64,000 nt of DNA from Octopus bimaculoides. Its lineage: Eukaryota. The stretch covers positions 18,324,939-18,388,938 of the forward strand of contig NC_068984.1 of the NCBI RefSeq assembly GCF_001194135.2, written 5' to 3'. Below, in pieces: positions 14,196 through 26,808 of the stretch (within the stretch, counting starts at the first letter, position 1; each line of letters starts with the position of its first letter). The position numbers were made by a program, and so were the translations under genes. The notes beneath the pieces are model-generated. The model had not been told where the DNA came from. It was given only the letters and a program-made list of their open reading frames with translations, and ran no database searches.

Positions 14196-17100
14196 ATTAA
14201 CCCCTCAACTCAGACTAACCTCAGTAGACCTTAATACTGTCAACTGTTACTTCACAAGGAATTGCTTCACATTCTTCTAAGGATTTTGCTATTAAAAAAT
14301 CTATTCAAATTTTTTATTTTTTAATACAATTAATTTTGAAGTTCAAAATTTAAGCTTTCAAAATTTCTTTAGAGTGTTTGAAAATTTGGAAAGGGTTAAT
14401 ATTGGTTTTGAACATTTTCTAATATTGACAAGAAAACATATTTCTTGACTAGTATGGATAAGACAGACTATGTTTTCTAAGCTATTTTTCATTTCCTCAA
14501 TCTCCTTGCCATGAGAAAAAAATGAGTCTACAAACATTTTGTTGATGCAAAGAAAGGAAAAGAAAAAGTGAAAACAGACCATGTTGAAATTGATTCCACA
14601 CTATTGATTCTTATAAGATAATTTCTATAAAAAAATGTTACATTTTCAGACTTGAACCAATGTAAACTTGTCCTTAAATGTATCTTAATATTTATGTCCC
14701 AGTACATTTATCTTGATTTTAAGCTTTCTACTTCACTGATAAAACATATTTCTTATTTGTTCTATCACATTTTCTAGCAGTTACTCTAAGTCAAAATAGA
14801 GTATTTGCTGTCTCTCCTTCTCAATATACATCCTCAATATAAATTATCATATACTGTACTCAAAATAATTGCTCAAATGAATATTGTAACTAGCCACAGG
14901 TCTGCTGTAGTCGTAATAGAAGGCATTCCAGCTATGGCCCTCCCATTTCTTTCAACATCAAGAACCAATACATTTGTTATAAAATGTATTCTTCTTGACT
15001 TTTGATAATGTTAGGGTATGACTTGAGAGAGATTTGGCTGTTATTTTTAGCAAGGCAAGAAACCATGTAGAAATTTTGTTGTTCGTCATAAAATTTGCTT
15101 GCAACTGTGTTATTTACCTGTATTGCATATTTACCTGACTTCCTTTTCTAATTATTTCATGCTTACTATTAAGCATTGATTTTTGAAAACTCAGGGTTAA
15201 TCTACAGTCTGATCAGTATCACCTCTGCGCTTAAGTGTTTCTATTAGGTTATTAAGTTCCACACTATCTTGGTATATTAAGTCTCGTATTACACACTACT
15301 AAGAACAAAAGTCCTTTTACAAACATATTTTTCTTGGTTGAGAGAGATACTGATCAGAATGCTGTTGAATAAAAATTGAATGAATAAATAGAAAATAACA
15401 TAGATTGAAATAAGAGGTAATTCAACAATGTTATTTACCAATGGTATTTTACACTTTCCAGAGATTGGAATCAACCTTTGAAATCCACACATCCTAATAA
15501 CCTTCAGCAATGTCTTTCTCTCCTATCCATTTCCTCTTCAAAATAAACATCTGTTTAAAAAGAATAAAATAGACAGTGATGCTGTTCCATGTGGACGGTT
15601 TTATTTTCTATTTATTTACTCCAAATAAAAGCAGTTCCTATTTAAGAACCTTCAATACAATATAATTGTAGCTTCTCGTTCGTTTTTGCTTTGTTTGTTC
15701 TTTCTTTCATCCTGCTTAATGTATGTCCCCTTACTGAGTAAAAGTGGACTCAGCCTCAAAGAGTACATAGGTTTATGAGAAGTAGCCCTTTTCAAAACCA
15801 TTGAGCTGGGCAATTAAATCTGTTGCTCTATATTAACAAGACTTTTGATAGTTTCTTGTTTATGGGATATGCTAGGTATAAGTTAGTTCATATATAGAAC
15901 TTATCCAAACTAAGTGTTCATTTTATATACAATCCCTGCATGCTATTTATTTTCTTCATTCACTGCCTCCATTGCTCTTCCATTTTTTTTTACCCATTTC
16001 ATTCCATGTTATTTTTTTCCTCTTCTCTTCATTTCCTTTCATCTTTGTCTTTATTTTCATTTTTTACATTTCCTTCCTTCATTATTTTAAAGTTTCCTTC
16101 CTTAAACCTCATTCTCTTTTGTCCAGTTACCTCATTCTCTTTCTCTCTCCTTTTAGCTTCATTGTGTTTCTTTTTTCNNNNNNNNNNNNNNNNNNNNNNN
16201 NNNNNNNNNNNNNNNNNNNNNNNNNNNNNNNNNNNNNNNNNNNNNNNNNNNNNNNNNTTCTGCTTTGTCATCTGTGCCTTTCTTTCTGTCCCTCTTTTAT
16301 GGCTCATTTGATTTTTATAACTCCAATGTTTACACCAAAAATTAATGAGATATCTTGTAAAACAAAATTTTCCTATTAATTTGGTTAGCTTCTTTTCTCC
16401 CATTATTGATATTATGCAATCAACAACTTTTGATATTGTCAGAAATCACTTTTATAAAGAGAAGCTTTGACATTTACTCATTCATGCAAAGCTTTTAATT
16501 GGAGTTATTCTTTATGTAGCTTTAATGATCTGCCATAACCAATTTCAACATTAACATAACATTTAATGTTTAATATTGAAATATTCTATATATATTTTCT
16601 TATGTTTCTTACTACTGCCAGTGGTATCTTTTAGGAGATCCAAAATTGCCTCAATAAATGATTCCTTCGGTCATAACATTTATGCATCTGTGCAAAAGCC
16701 TACACACGATCTTCTAAAGTTGAACTTCATTACGTTACTAAAACTGTTGATACATATTTGTTCAAATAATGTTTCCTCATTTAAATTTTTATGAATATTT
16801 CAATATCAATTGTATGACTTTTAATTCATTGCTTTGTAAAAAAAATACTGGGAAATTAATATTTAAATTGTAATAACTGAAGTTCCATTTCATTTAATTT
16901 TTTTCCAAGAATTCCTTCCAAACATCTTCATATCACACATATTAATTATATGTAGAATTTATAAGAAATTATACATTCTACATTTTTTTTGTTTTACTTA
17001 TTCTTTATCATATCCTATTTCTCTTTGATCATAATCTCTTTGAAATTTTCTCATTTATTACCTTGGTGAAATGGCTACGTGTTACTAAATATTGGCAATG

Positions 17101-17544
17101 ATAAAGATTTATGTAACAGCGTTGTAATAAATGAAACAGTTGTCCTGATATTCACTCTGCATATTATGTTTTGTGGTAAAATAATATTTCTGATTCATTA
17201 GGAAGGGTAAAATTTTTTTTTTTAAAAACCTCTTCTAAATTTCAAGTTTCTGTAAAAAATAATATAGATATTAATTATACAGTATCTTACATTCCACTTT
17301 CAAATCTCATAAATATTTATAACCTTCTACTAATCTAAGAACGTTTTGTTATTACATTGTGATGGACAAGACATATAAATATTGTTCCTCACAGTGTTAT
17401 CCCTACATTCAAAATGTCCATTCAACAAACTATTAAGTGCCATTATTACTTCAGGCCTGGTTAGTTTAATTATTTCATTGTCTACTCTGATGTATTAGAA
17501 ATTAAGGTGGTTTGTAATTATCATTTATCTTCTGTCTTTTATTT

Positions 17545-18125
17545 GTGTCAGTCATTAGGCTGTGGCCATGCTGGGGCATTACATTGAAGAATTTTTTTTA
17601 GTCGAATGAATTGACTCCATTACTTAGCTTTCTTTTAAACCTGGCACTTAATATATTGCTTTCTTTTGCTGAACCACTAAGTTATGGGACCATATACTCA
17701 CCAACATCAGTTATCAAGTAGTGGCTGGGGATGAAGACAGACACACATGTATGTATGTATATAATTAATAGAAAAAAAAACAAAGAAATAACAACATGAG
17801 GACGTGGTACATGCAAAGTATTAAAAGATGCCCAGGGAAGGAAAGAAAGGGTGTTTTATGTTTTGAGCAAGGCTCTTCTTCAGAAACAGGAGACAGAAGA
17901 AAGTCCAAGAGAAAAAGAAGACAGAGAGAAAAAAATCGGCAACAATCTACATGTAGTTAAAATACACACACACACACACAATGGGCTGCTTTCAGTTTCT
18001 GTCTACTAAATCCACTAACAAGATTTTGGTTGGCTGAGGCTATAGTGGAGGACACTTGCCCAAGGTGCCATGCTGTGGAACTGAACCCAGAACCATGTGC
18101 TTGGGAAGCAAACTTCTTACCACAC
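17545..18125 (-). mobile_element. SINE family A, minus strand, split by a Penelope-like fragment
   Basis: Tail at 17545-17760 and head at 17960-18125, both reverse-complemented. Confidence 0.75.
17762..17950 (-). mobile_element. Penelope-like terminal fragment with degenerate hammerhead (17852-17888)
   Basis: The minus strand reads TGTTT-CTGAAGA-A-GAGC[CTT]GCTC-AAAA-C-AT-A-AAACA. It is inserted in a SINE microsatellite. Confidence 0.6.
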
Positions 18126-18213
18126 TTCTTACCATCTTTTTTTTGTGTGTGTGTGTGTGTGTGTGTGGATAGAGGGAAGGTCTTATCAATGATTACATTG
18201 TAGATTATAAAGT

Positions 18214-18576
18214 GGAGGTGCAATGGCCCAGTGGTTAGGGCAGCGGACTTGCGGTCTTAGGATCGCGGTTTTGATTCCCAGACTAGACATTGTGAGTGTT
18301 TATTGAGCGAAAAACACGGCAGAGGATGGTGGCGAACCCTGCTGTACCCTTTCACCACAACTTTCCCTCATTCTTTCTTCCTGTTTCTGTTGTACCTGTA
18401 ATTCAAAGGGCCAGCCTTGTCACACTCATTGTCACGCTGAATCTCCCTGAGAACTACATTGAAGGTACACGTGTCTGTGGAGTGCTCTGCCACTTGCACG
18501 TTAATTTCACGAGCAGGCTGTTCTGTTGATCGGATCAACTGGAACCCTCATCGTTGTAACCGACGGAGTGCCACAG
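18214..18576 (+). mobile_element. Full-length tRNA-derived SINE (OR-like head) with TSD
   Basis: A box TGGCCCAGTGGTT and degenerate B box GGTTTTGATTCCC. TSD AGATTATAAAGT (18202-18213) / AGATTATAAAAT (18577-18588). Confidence 0.85.
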
Positions 18577-21500
18577 AGATTATAAAATTGATTTCTGTTT
18601 GTGTTCTCAAAACTGAAAGTTGTTTTTAACGAATTGTTTGTATCCTAAGTACATGGTTCAGCATGTGATATGTTGGAGGATCCTCCACCTTAATTGTAAT
18701 CCACTCTATAAAAATTAAATTCATTAGAAATACATCCACATGTGTATGCACATAGCAGCTATAAATGTTAGTAGTGCAAAATACAATCGGATACTCACCT
18801 CGTGTGTGCAGAAAATTTATATTTTGTTTCTATTTGGCAATCTTTTGATTAATATTGGATCAAATATTTCTTCTAATTCTGTAACAGGATGGGAGTGGCT
18901 CATGCATATTAACCCAGCTTATTTTCCATTTTTTTATATATATTTGTATTGATTAATGAGGTAAATTGTGTGAAACAATACGCATGTACAACTAACAAAT
19001 ATGTTAATAGATGCCCTGAGACAGTGCTACTTCTAACAACATTTACAAGCAGTTTTGTTGCTGTTTTCTGGTACCTACATTTGTCTGAATTTATCAGTAA
19101 CCTGTCAGCATTTTTACTGAAGCAATTTTATGTTATTATTCCATTTGCCTTTGTTACAAAGCAAATGAAATAATGGTTTTTAATTCAAAAGATAAGGCAA
19201 CGTAATTTCTTGGCTGTTTAGTTTACTTCTGTACAACATAACAGCAATTTAGTGTTGCTTTAACAAGTAAGATATTTTTGTCATTCTGGTCATAAAAAAT
19301 GGAATCAAGTTTGTAAGGTGTGAAATGTTGGTCAATCTTTGTTATGGTTCCATACTATCATGGCATTCACATTGTCTGTTGCTAGATGAAGCTCTTAAAA
19401 ATGCTACAAAGTGTAGCCTTCAGAATTTGACTCAGCCATAGTCTCGTTGCTTAAAGAATTCACTAGTATCAATTGATTAAGTCAAGAGAATACCATAATG
19501 GAAGCAAAAAAACGAGTTAATGTCTTTGAAAAACCTCTTTATTTTCAAATAATAATTAATAGTGATAGAAGCAGTATGAATATCGGAAGGTAATGTTTAT
19601 CTCCAACTTAACATGAAGTGCTTTTATGCACCACAAGTCCATATGAGAGGTCCTCTCAGGGTTAATAATTCTGTATTCTGTGTTCTAGTACAACTTCTAT
19701 GTTAAGTTGGCAATAAAGATTTCCTTCTTTAATTTCAAATATCTATTTACTTGTTATTAAAGCACTGGACAAAATGCCTTGCATTATTTATTCCAAATCT
19801 ATACATTCCAAGTTGAAATCCTGCCAAGGTAATTTTTACCTTTCATCCTTCTGAGTTGATGAAGTAAAATACCAGTCCACTAATGGATCAATACAATCAA
19901 CTAAAATTCTCCTCTCAAAATTGCTGGCCTTGTGCCTGAATTAGAAATTGTTATTAAGAGCAACAGACTGGTAGAAATATTGAACAAAATGCTTTGTAGT
20001 ACTTCTTCCAGCTTTTAAGCTTTGAGTTCACATCCCATCGAGGTCGACTTTGCCTTCCTTTCTTCCTAGTTCAATGAAAGTACCAGTAAAGTACTGGAGG
20101 GCGGGGAATCCATTTACTTGATTGGTACCCCCCTTACCCTGCAAATTTCTGGCATTGTGCTAGTATTAAAAAAAGTTATTTTTGTAGTAGCATTCCATAA
20201 TAAATACCTGATTGTGTTTAGTTAGGTTTCTCTGCCAGGGCAATGAATTTCCTGTTTTACAGTCGTAACCCATTTTATCACACCAGTAACCCTCTGAAGC
20301 CCATTCTTTAACATTTTATACTTTTCTTAGAGAACTATTCTTCAGTTCTTCTTTGTAGTAAATGGTGTTGCAGCCTTCATGCCTGTTGGCTTATTGTGGT
20401 CATGAAAATTCTATATTTTATTAAATATTTCAACAGTTAAAGGCTTTGTTTCTGTCTTTCTTTTAGAATAATATTACAACCCTTTTAGAATAATATTACA
20501 ACTATTTGTAGAAAAGTACTGCTCTGAGGTCAGTAAAACAAACGAGAGTAATGTAGTCCATCTCAACAGCCTCAGATGTCCTGCAGAAGTCAGGGGCAAT
20601 TCCTTTTCTCTAGACCAAACCTATTAAAAATAAAAAAAGTAGGTTCAGTTTCATTAATTATATTTCTGTCTCTTTATTTCCTACAAATTTGGTGATTTGA
20701 ACCAGAGTTAAAAATCATTGGGTAACAAACTTCCAGGATTGTTAAATGTCAGAAGAATGCCTTGTTCTGTTTATTCTGGCTCTTTATGCTTTGAGTTCAA
20801 ATACTGCTGAAGTCAACTTTGCCTTTTCATCCCTCTGGGGTCAATAAAATAAAATACCTATTGAACAGAGAGGTTTATGATATTGACTAACCACCCAAAG
20901 TTACACAGAATGGAAAATAGTAACTACACCATCCTGTTTATTATAATTATTAATATTTCTTTTAGTTAATAACAATTTGTGCAGTAATTTTTCTGGTTTT
21001 CCTTGGGCCTTTTATCATGGCAGTAACCTTTTTATTTTATTGTGTATTGAAAGCAGTAACACTGAATTTTTTCCAAAAAACAAACCTTTGAAGTGATCTT
21101 TACATCAAGTCAGAGATGCCTGGTAATAGGGTGTTATTAAATGATAGATTACACATGTGTATTATATTTGATATTGGCAGGTATGGGGAGAATATGTTGT
21201 GAGTGTCAAAACATGAATAAACCAAAACAGCATTTTCTCCAAACATTTTTCACACCAAAAATTCATGCTTTAAACCCTCCATGTGTGTGTGTTTGTGTTT
21301 AATACATATCCTTTGTCAGTATATGGTATATTTTTCTCTTGCTTCGAGTCCTACCTTTCAATAAAATTGGTGTACTGTTTGGCAAGAGTTGAAAGAATGT
21401 AAAATGAAGCTTTGTCTGTGTTACATAAATGTGTGTGTGTGTGTGTGTGTGTAATATGTATAAAATGTAGCTATATGTGTATATAATGAATGCATATATA

Positions 21501-23117
21501 TATACATATATATATATAATGTATGTATGTGTATATGATATATGCATATATAATGTACACATATATAATATTTGTAATATATGTATACAAAGTGCATGTG
21601 TGTGTGTGTATATACATACACATAATTAGAAGGTTAAACAAGTTTCATTGATTTTTTTTTTGATTTTTTTTGTTTTTTTTTGTTTTCTTTGATTCTTTCC
21701 ACATGAGAGGAATGGTTATGGGAAACTTTGAAATTTATCTATTGTGTGGGCAAGTGTTAGTTAGATAGCTACATAACCTTCTGGTAATCACTAATTATGA
21801 AGCTGGAGTATTGCCAGCTGCCAAACAGACACAGGGAGACATGTGGAGCAAAGTATTTTGCCATCTGGGATAATACAATGGTTATAGCCAAGACACCAGC
21901 CATGACTATGCATGTGGTTAATAGCCTTGAATCTTAACACAGCAGCCACTGTTCCCCTCCTCTCACCTCCTTTAATTGTTACAGGTTATTGACCAAGATT
22001 AATATCACATATTTTGAAGTAGAAGTTGTATAATTCAGAATATATCTAAATAAATCAAATTTTCACAGAATTATTCCAGGAATAATTCTCTGTACCAAAA
22101 AGTACCAAATTTTTAGTACTTTATTTACTGTTAAAATATTTTTTATTCCATTCCAGTATTTATCTTACAAAAGGACTTTTTCTTTTTTACTTTTGCTGCA
22201 ACTGTTCATTAAATTCAATGATTAATAAAGATTAATAAATTTTGTAAGAGCAGTTGATTATGATATCTGCACGAATGTGACATCATTCATAGCAGTTACT
22301 TATTTTTTATATTAGAAATAAGTGATTGGATCACATATAAATACTGTTTTGGGTACTTATAGATAGAATAATAAGTTAACTATCATCGCCATCACATTTC
22401 AGTTTCTAGAAATTTTATATCAATAAAATATTAAGCTGCTCTTTAAATTTTTAATTTCTTCAAATTTTAGCTTTGGAATATTGCTCATTTACTCTTCCTT
22501 TGAAATTTTCATTTTTGCTCTATCTTAATTTTTATTTTGGTTATCTTTCTGCACTTCATTGTCGATAATTGTTAGCAGCAATCGGTTAAAAATATGAAGT
22601 ATAAGTCAAGTTTGTACTTCTGGCACTTTTGAGCAGAGAAGCTCAATCACCTCTGAATCAATGACTAACTTCTCTCCATCATCTTCTCCTCTCCCCGTTA
22701 CTCTTGAAACTAAAATCATAAAGTGAGTTTCTTCTTTTCTTTTATCCTAAATGTCCTTTGTGTATAAAGATGCAGGTGCTACTCAATGTAGGTCAGCCAT
22801 AGTCTGTGTATTTCTCATGAAAAATCGTAGTAAACTGAATTATAGGACTTGCTAGCTGGTGTGTTTATTTAATTTTATTTAGTCAATTAACCACTAACAA
22901 TAGCCAGTGCACAATTTAAGAGATTGGTTTCAATTGAGGTTTTTTTCTTTCTCCCCAAACTTATGTTCTTGACTTTGTTTATTCTAGAGCTCTCCTAATA
23001 CTGTAACAATACATTCAACATATTGAACACAGTGTACAGAGTTTTAATTTCAAGAATTACATTCAATCAATACATATATATTACTCTATGGATACTTTTC
23101 TTCTTTTCTTTGATTTT

Positions 23118-23154
<37 letters not shown>

Positions 23155-25491
23155 NNNNNNNNNNNNNNNNNNNNNNNNNNNNNNNNNNNNNNNNNNNNNN
23201 NNNNNNNNNNNNNNNNNNNNNNNNNNNNNNNNNNNNNNNNNNNNNNNNNNNNNNNNNNNNNNNNNNNNNNNNNNNNNNNNNNNNNNNNNNNNNNNNNNNN
23301 NNNNNNNNNNNNNNNNNNNNNNNNNNNNNNNNNNNNNNNNNNNNNNNNNNNNNNNNNNNNNNNNNNNNNNNNNNNNNNNNNNNNNNNNNNNNNNNNNNNN
23401 NNNNNNNNNNNNNNNNNNNNNNNNNNNNNNNNNNNNNNNNNNNNNNNNNNNNNNNNNNNNNNNNNNNNNNNNNNNNNNNNNNNNNNNNNNCTCAAGAAAG
23501 ATGTTTTCATAATGTTCTATTTATCAAAATGCATTCTAGCCAACAGCTTGTTTGATCAATTGAAACAATGTTTATACTTGTTTCTTTTTGTAATTTTTAA
23601 TCTTCAGGCAATTTCTAAAAATTAAAAAAAAATTTTTTTTCTCATTTGTTTTTTTTTTTCAATTTTATATAATTTCAATTTTTTTCTCTTATTTCACTAA
23701 AGATTATCTTCGTTAAAGTCCAATAACTTTAATTTCAGTTTGTTATGTCTTTCATTTGATTTAATTTTCCAATAATTTTTATTTTTGTCTCTTTCTTACT
23801 TACTCTTAAATCTACTCCGTACACTAACTTCACTAGTTTTTTTTTCTTTGCTGTTAGCTTCCCCAACTCTTTATGTTTTGCTTAAACATAAAGTCTGTTT
23901 CCTTTCTTTTTTCTTTCAATATTATAATCTTATTTGTCCATTAATTTCTTTTACCACATTCTTATCAATTTTAATTTTTGATACCACTTTTACTTGTATG
24001 GTCGTAGACGCACTCCATCATCCAGCTTAACTTCACCACCTGAGATTTTGGGTACCTTTAACAGAGGTCTCTCTCTCTCTCTCTCTCTGTTGCAAGCATT
24101 CTGGCCAGACCTCTAGTTTCAGGACACTGCTCCCCCCCCCCACACACACACACCATCACCACCAGTCTCAAAGTCCTTGTAGTGGGTCATGAGCACTGGA
24201 ATGAGACAATTCAGCAGTTTCGAATGCTGCTGTTTTGGCACAGCTGACTGGACTATCAGCCTGTTTTTGTGGCAGTACTTTTTGGCACAGGTGGTAAGCA
24301 CACACATGGATGTACATGTAGAAATAAATATACATGTACATGTAGACATATACATGTAAAAAAAAAATTTTTTTTTAAACTGGAGTCAATTCATTTGACT
24401 AAAAATTCCTTACCTTAAGGCAGTGCTCCAACATGACCGCAGTCTAATGATTGAAATGAGTAAAAGATAAAAGAAAGAACATACAGATAGAAAGAGTGAG
24501 AGTGAAAGAAAGAGAAAGCGAGGGGGGGTGCATTATAATTTCTTAATGGTACACAATTGAATGTAAACATTCTCCCTTTCCTCATACACATAAAGAGAAG
24601 GAGAGATGGGGAAAGGGAGGAAGAGAGAGAGAATGAAAGAAACATTAAAAAAAAAAAATCATCTGATGTCAAATAAGTCAGTAACAGATCAGCACTGCCA
24701 AAAAAGCAGCACCAAAACAGTTATGCCAAAACGTCTCATATCCCATGAGCACTGCCTTTCCTTCTGACTAAAGGATAAAAGAAAACAAATATGGTATGTC
24801 TCAGACATTTGTCAATAGCATTTGTTGTTCCTTGCTCACACACTACGCTAGCTGTAGATATCACTTCTACACATGTCAACAACAATTTTGATATATCTGT
24901 TACACACTTGTCAACTGACATATATCTAACATTTAAGCAGGAAAATGTAAGTAGTATCAGTGATGCTGTATAGACTCTCCATTAGGTTGCCATCATTTGC
25001 AGTTAATGTAAAACATTGCTGTTATGTCTTCATTAGCAATGAAGACTTGGTACTATAGATGTAGATACCGAATGTCTTCTGTGCTTCATCTCAGAAGGAG
25101 GACAGAATAATGTTCGGAACTGAATGAACTTATTTAAAATTCTGTTCAGTTACTCATCTGTAATAATATCATTATATACATATCCCTTGTTTTAATCAAC
25201 AGACTTCTGTGTATTGGTGATTAGTTCGAACCTACAGACACTTCCATTTTGGAAAGAATATCGAAACATATTTTCGATAACTGAATAACTTTGTATCTTT
25301 CTACATTCCCTTGGGAATTAGGCAGAATGATGCTTAATTTTAAAAGATTGAAATGAATTTTGGTTGGAAACCTCATTGTCTGTCACTAGAGACTTCATAT
25401 AACCACCAGTTGTCTTCTAGATTATAAATTGTCTTCCCCCCACACACACACATATATATAAAATAAATAATATATATATATATATATTGTA

Positions 25492-25532
<41 letters not shown>

Positions 25533-26756
25533 TATATAAAGCTCATAGTACTCTTAACATAGTGATACTCCTTTTACACTAAATTAGAGATACATAAAGC
25601 AGTCTGTTGCAAATCCTCAGCCAGCATTACATTTTCACTTATCTCCCTGATAAATTTGGGTTGTCCTTGTTACATTTATTAATCAATATGGTTTTAATTT
25701 TTTTTTTCCTGTTGTTTTTTTGGCTTATTTAACAAATATGACTCTCATTAGGTTTTCACTTAGATAAATTTTGAAGTTATTTATTTCTGAAAGGAGATGA
25801 ATTTACTGTTTATCACGCAAGATAAAAGAATTATAAATTACTAACAATTATACATGAATAGGTGTTCACAAGTTAAAATCTAATTGAGAAAAAAAAAAAG
25901 AAAAGAAAAAGAAAACATGATCTGATCAGCAGTTTCCAGAGGGAACCAGTAGAAATGCAAAAAAAAAAAAATCATTAGCTGCATCATTGTTCTGATATAT
26001 TTTCATTGCACTCTTTCACATCTTTTATAACATTCGTATGTTTGTACTTAGGTTTCGGTGTTCAGTTTACATTTCATGGAAACAGCTTAGAGTAGTAATT
26101 CCTCTTGTTTCTAAAGAATGGCTTCATTATTAATAAGTTGATATTACACTTACACAAATATTTTTTGATAATAACTTTACGAAGTTCCCGATGCATTGTT
26201 TTTGCTGTTTGTTTCTACCAGGCATGTAAGCACTGCAGTTGTGAATATATAATGTGTAATTGTATTATATGAGACACAATGAGTTGTGCTTCGGGGAAAT
26301 TTGAAACCAAAGCCTTTTGCAATCCAGTGTGCTATCATTTATAATAGCAAACTCAGAGTACCATTAATTTTGGTAACACATTATTCATAATGGAATACTG
26401 CAAGTAATTAAGAAGATAGCCAGAGTGAAATTTTTTTCAATCACATTGATCCATTACTTACCTCTATTTTCCATAGTATGGTGTAGAGGAGTAGTAACTT
26501 TCCTCTACATTGGTAATTGATTTTTTCCTGGGAAGCAAATTCCTTAACCATGCAACCATATATGTAACTATCATCATCACTTTAACATCTGCTATTTTAT
26601 GCTTTCATTGGTTAGATGGAGTTTACTGAGCAAGATTTTTTTTATGGCTGGATGCTCTTCCTGTCACCAGCCCTTCCCTGCTTCCAAGAGAGATCCTATT
26701 TCCCTATGGCCAAACATGCTTCTGCAGAATATTGGAAATGAATGACACTCATTTAC

Positions 26757-26808
<52 letters not shown>

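Noticed and set aside
980-23625. Long ORFs spanning N runs (980-1465, 5942-6683, 23023-23625 and similar)
   Set aside because: They are open only because of gaps and dinucleotide repeats.
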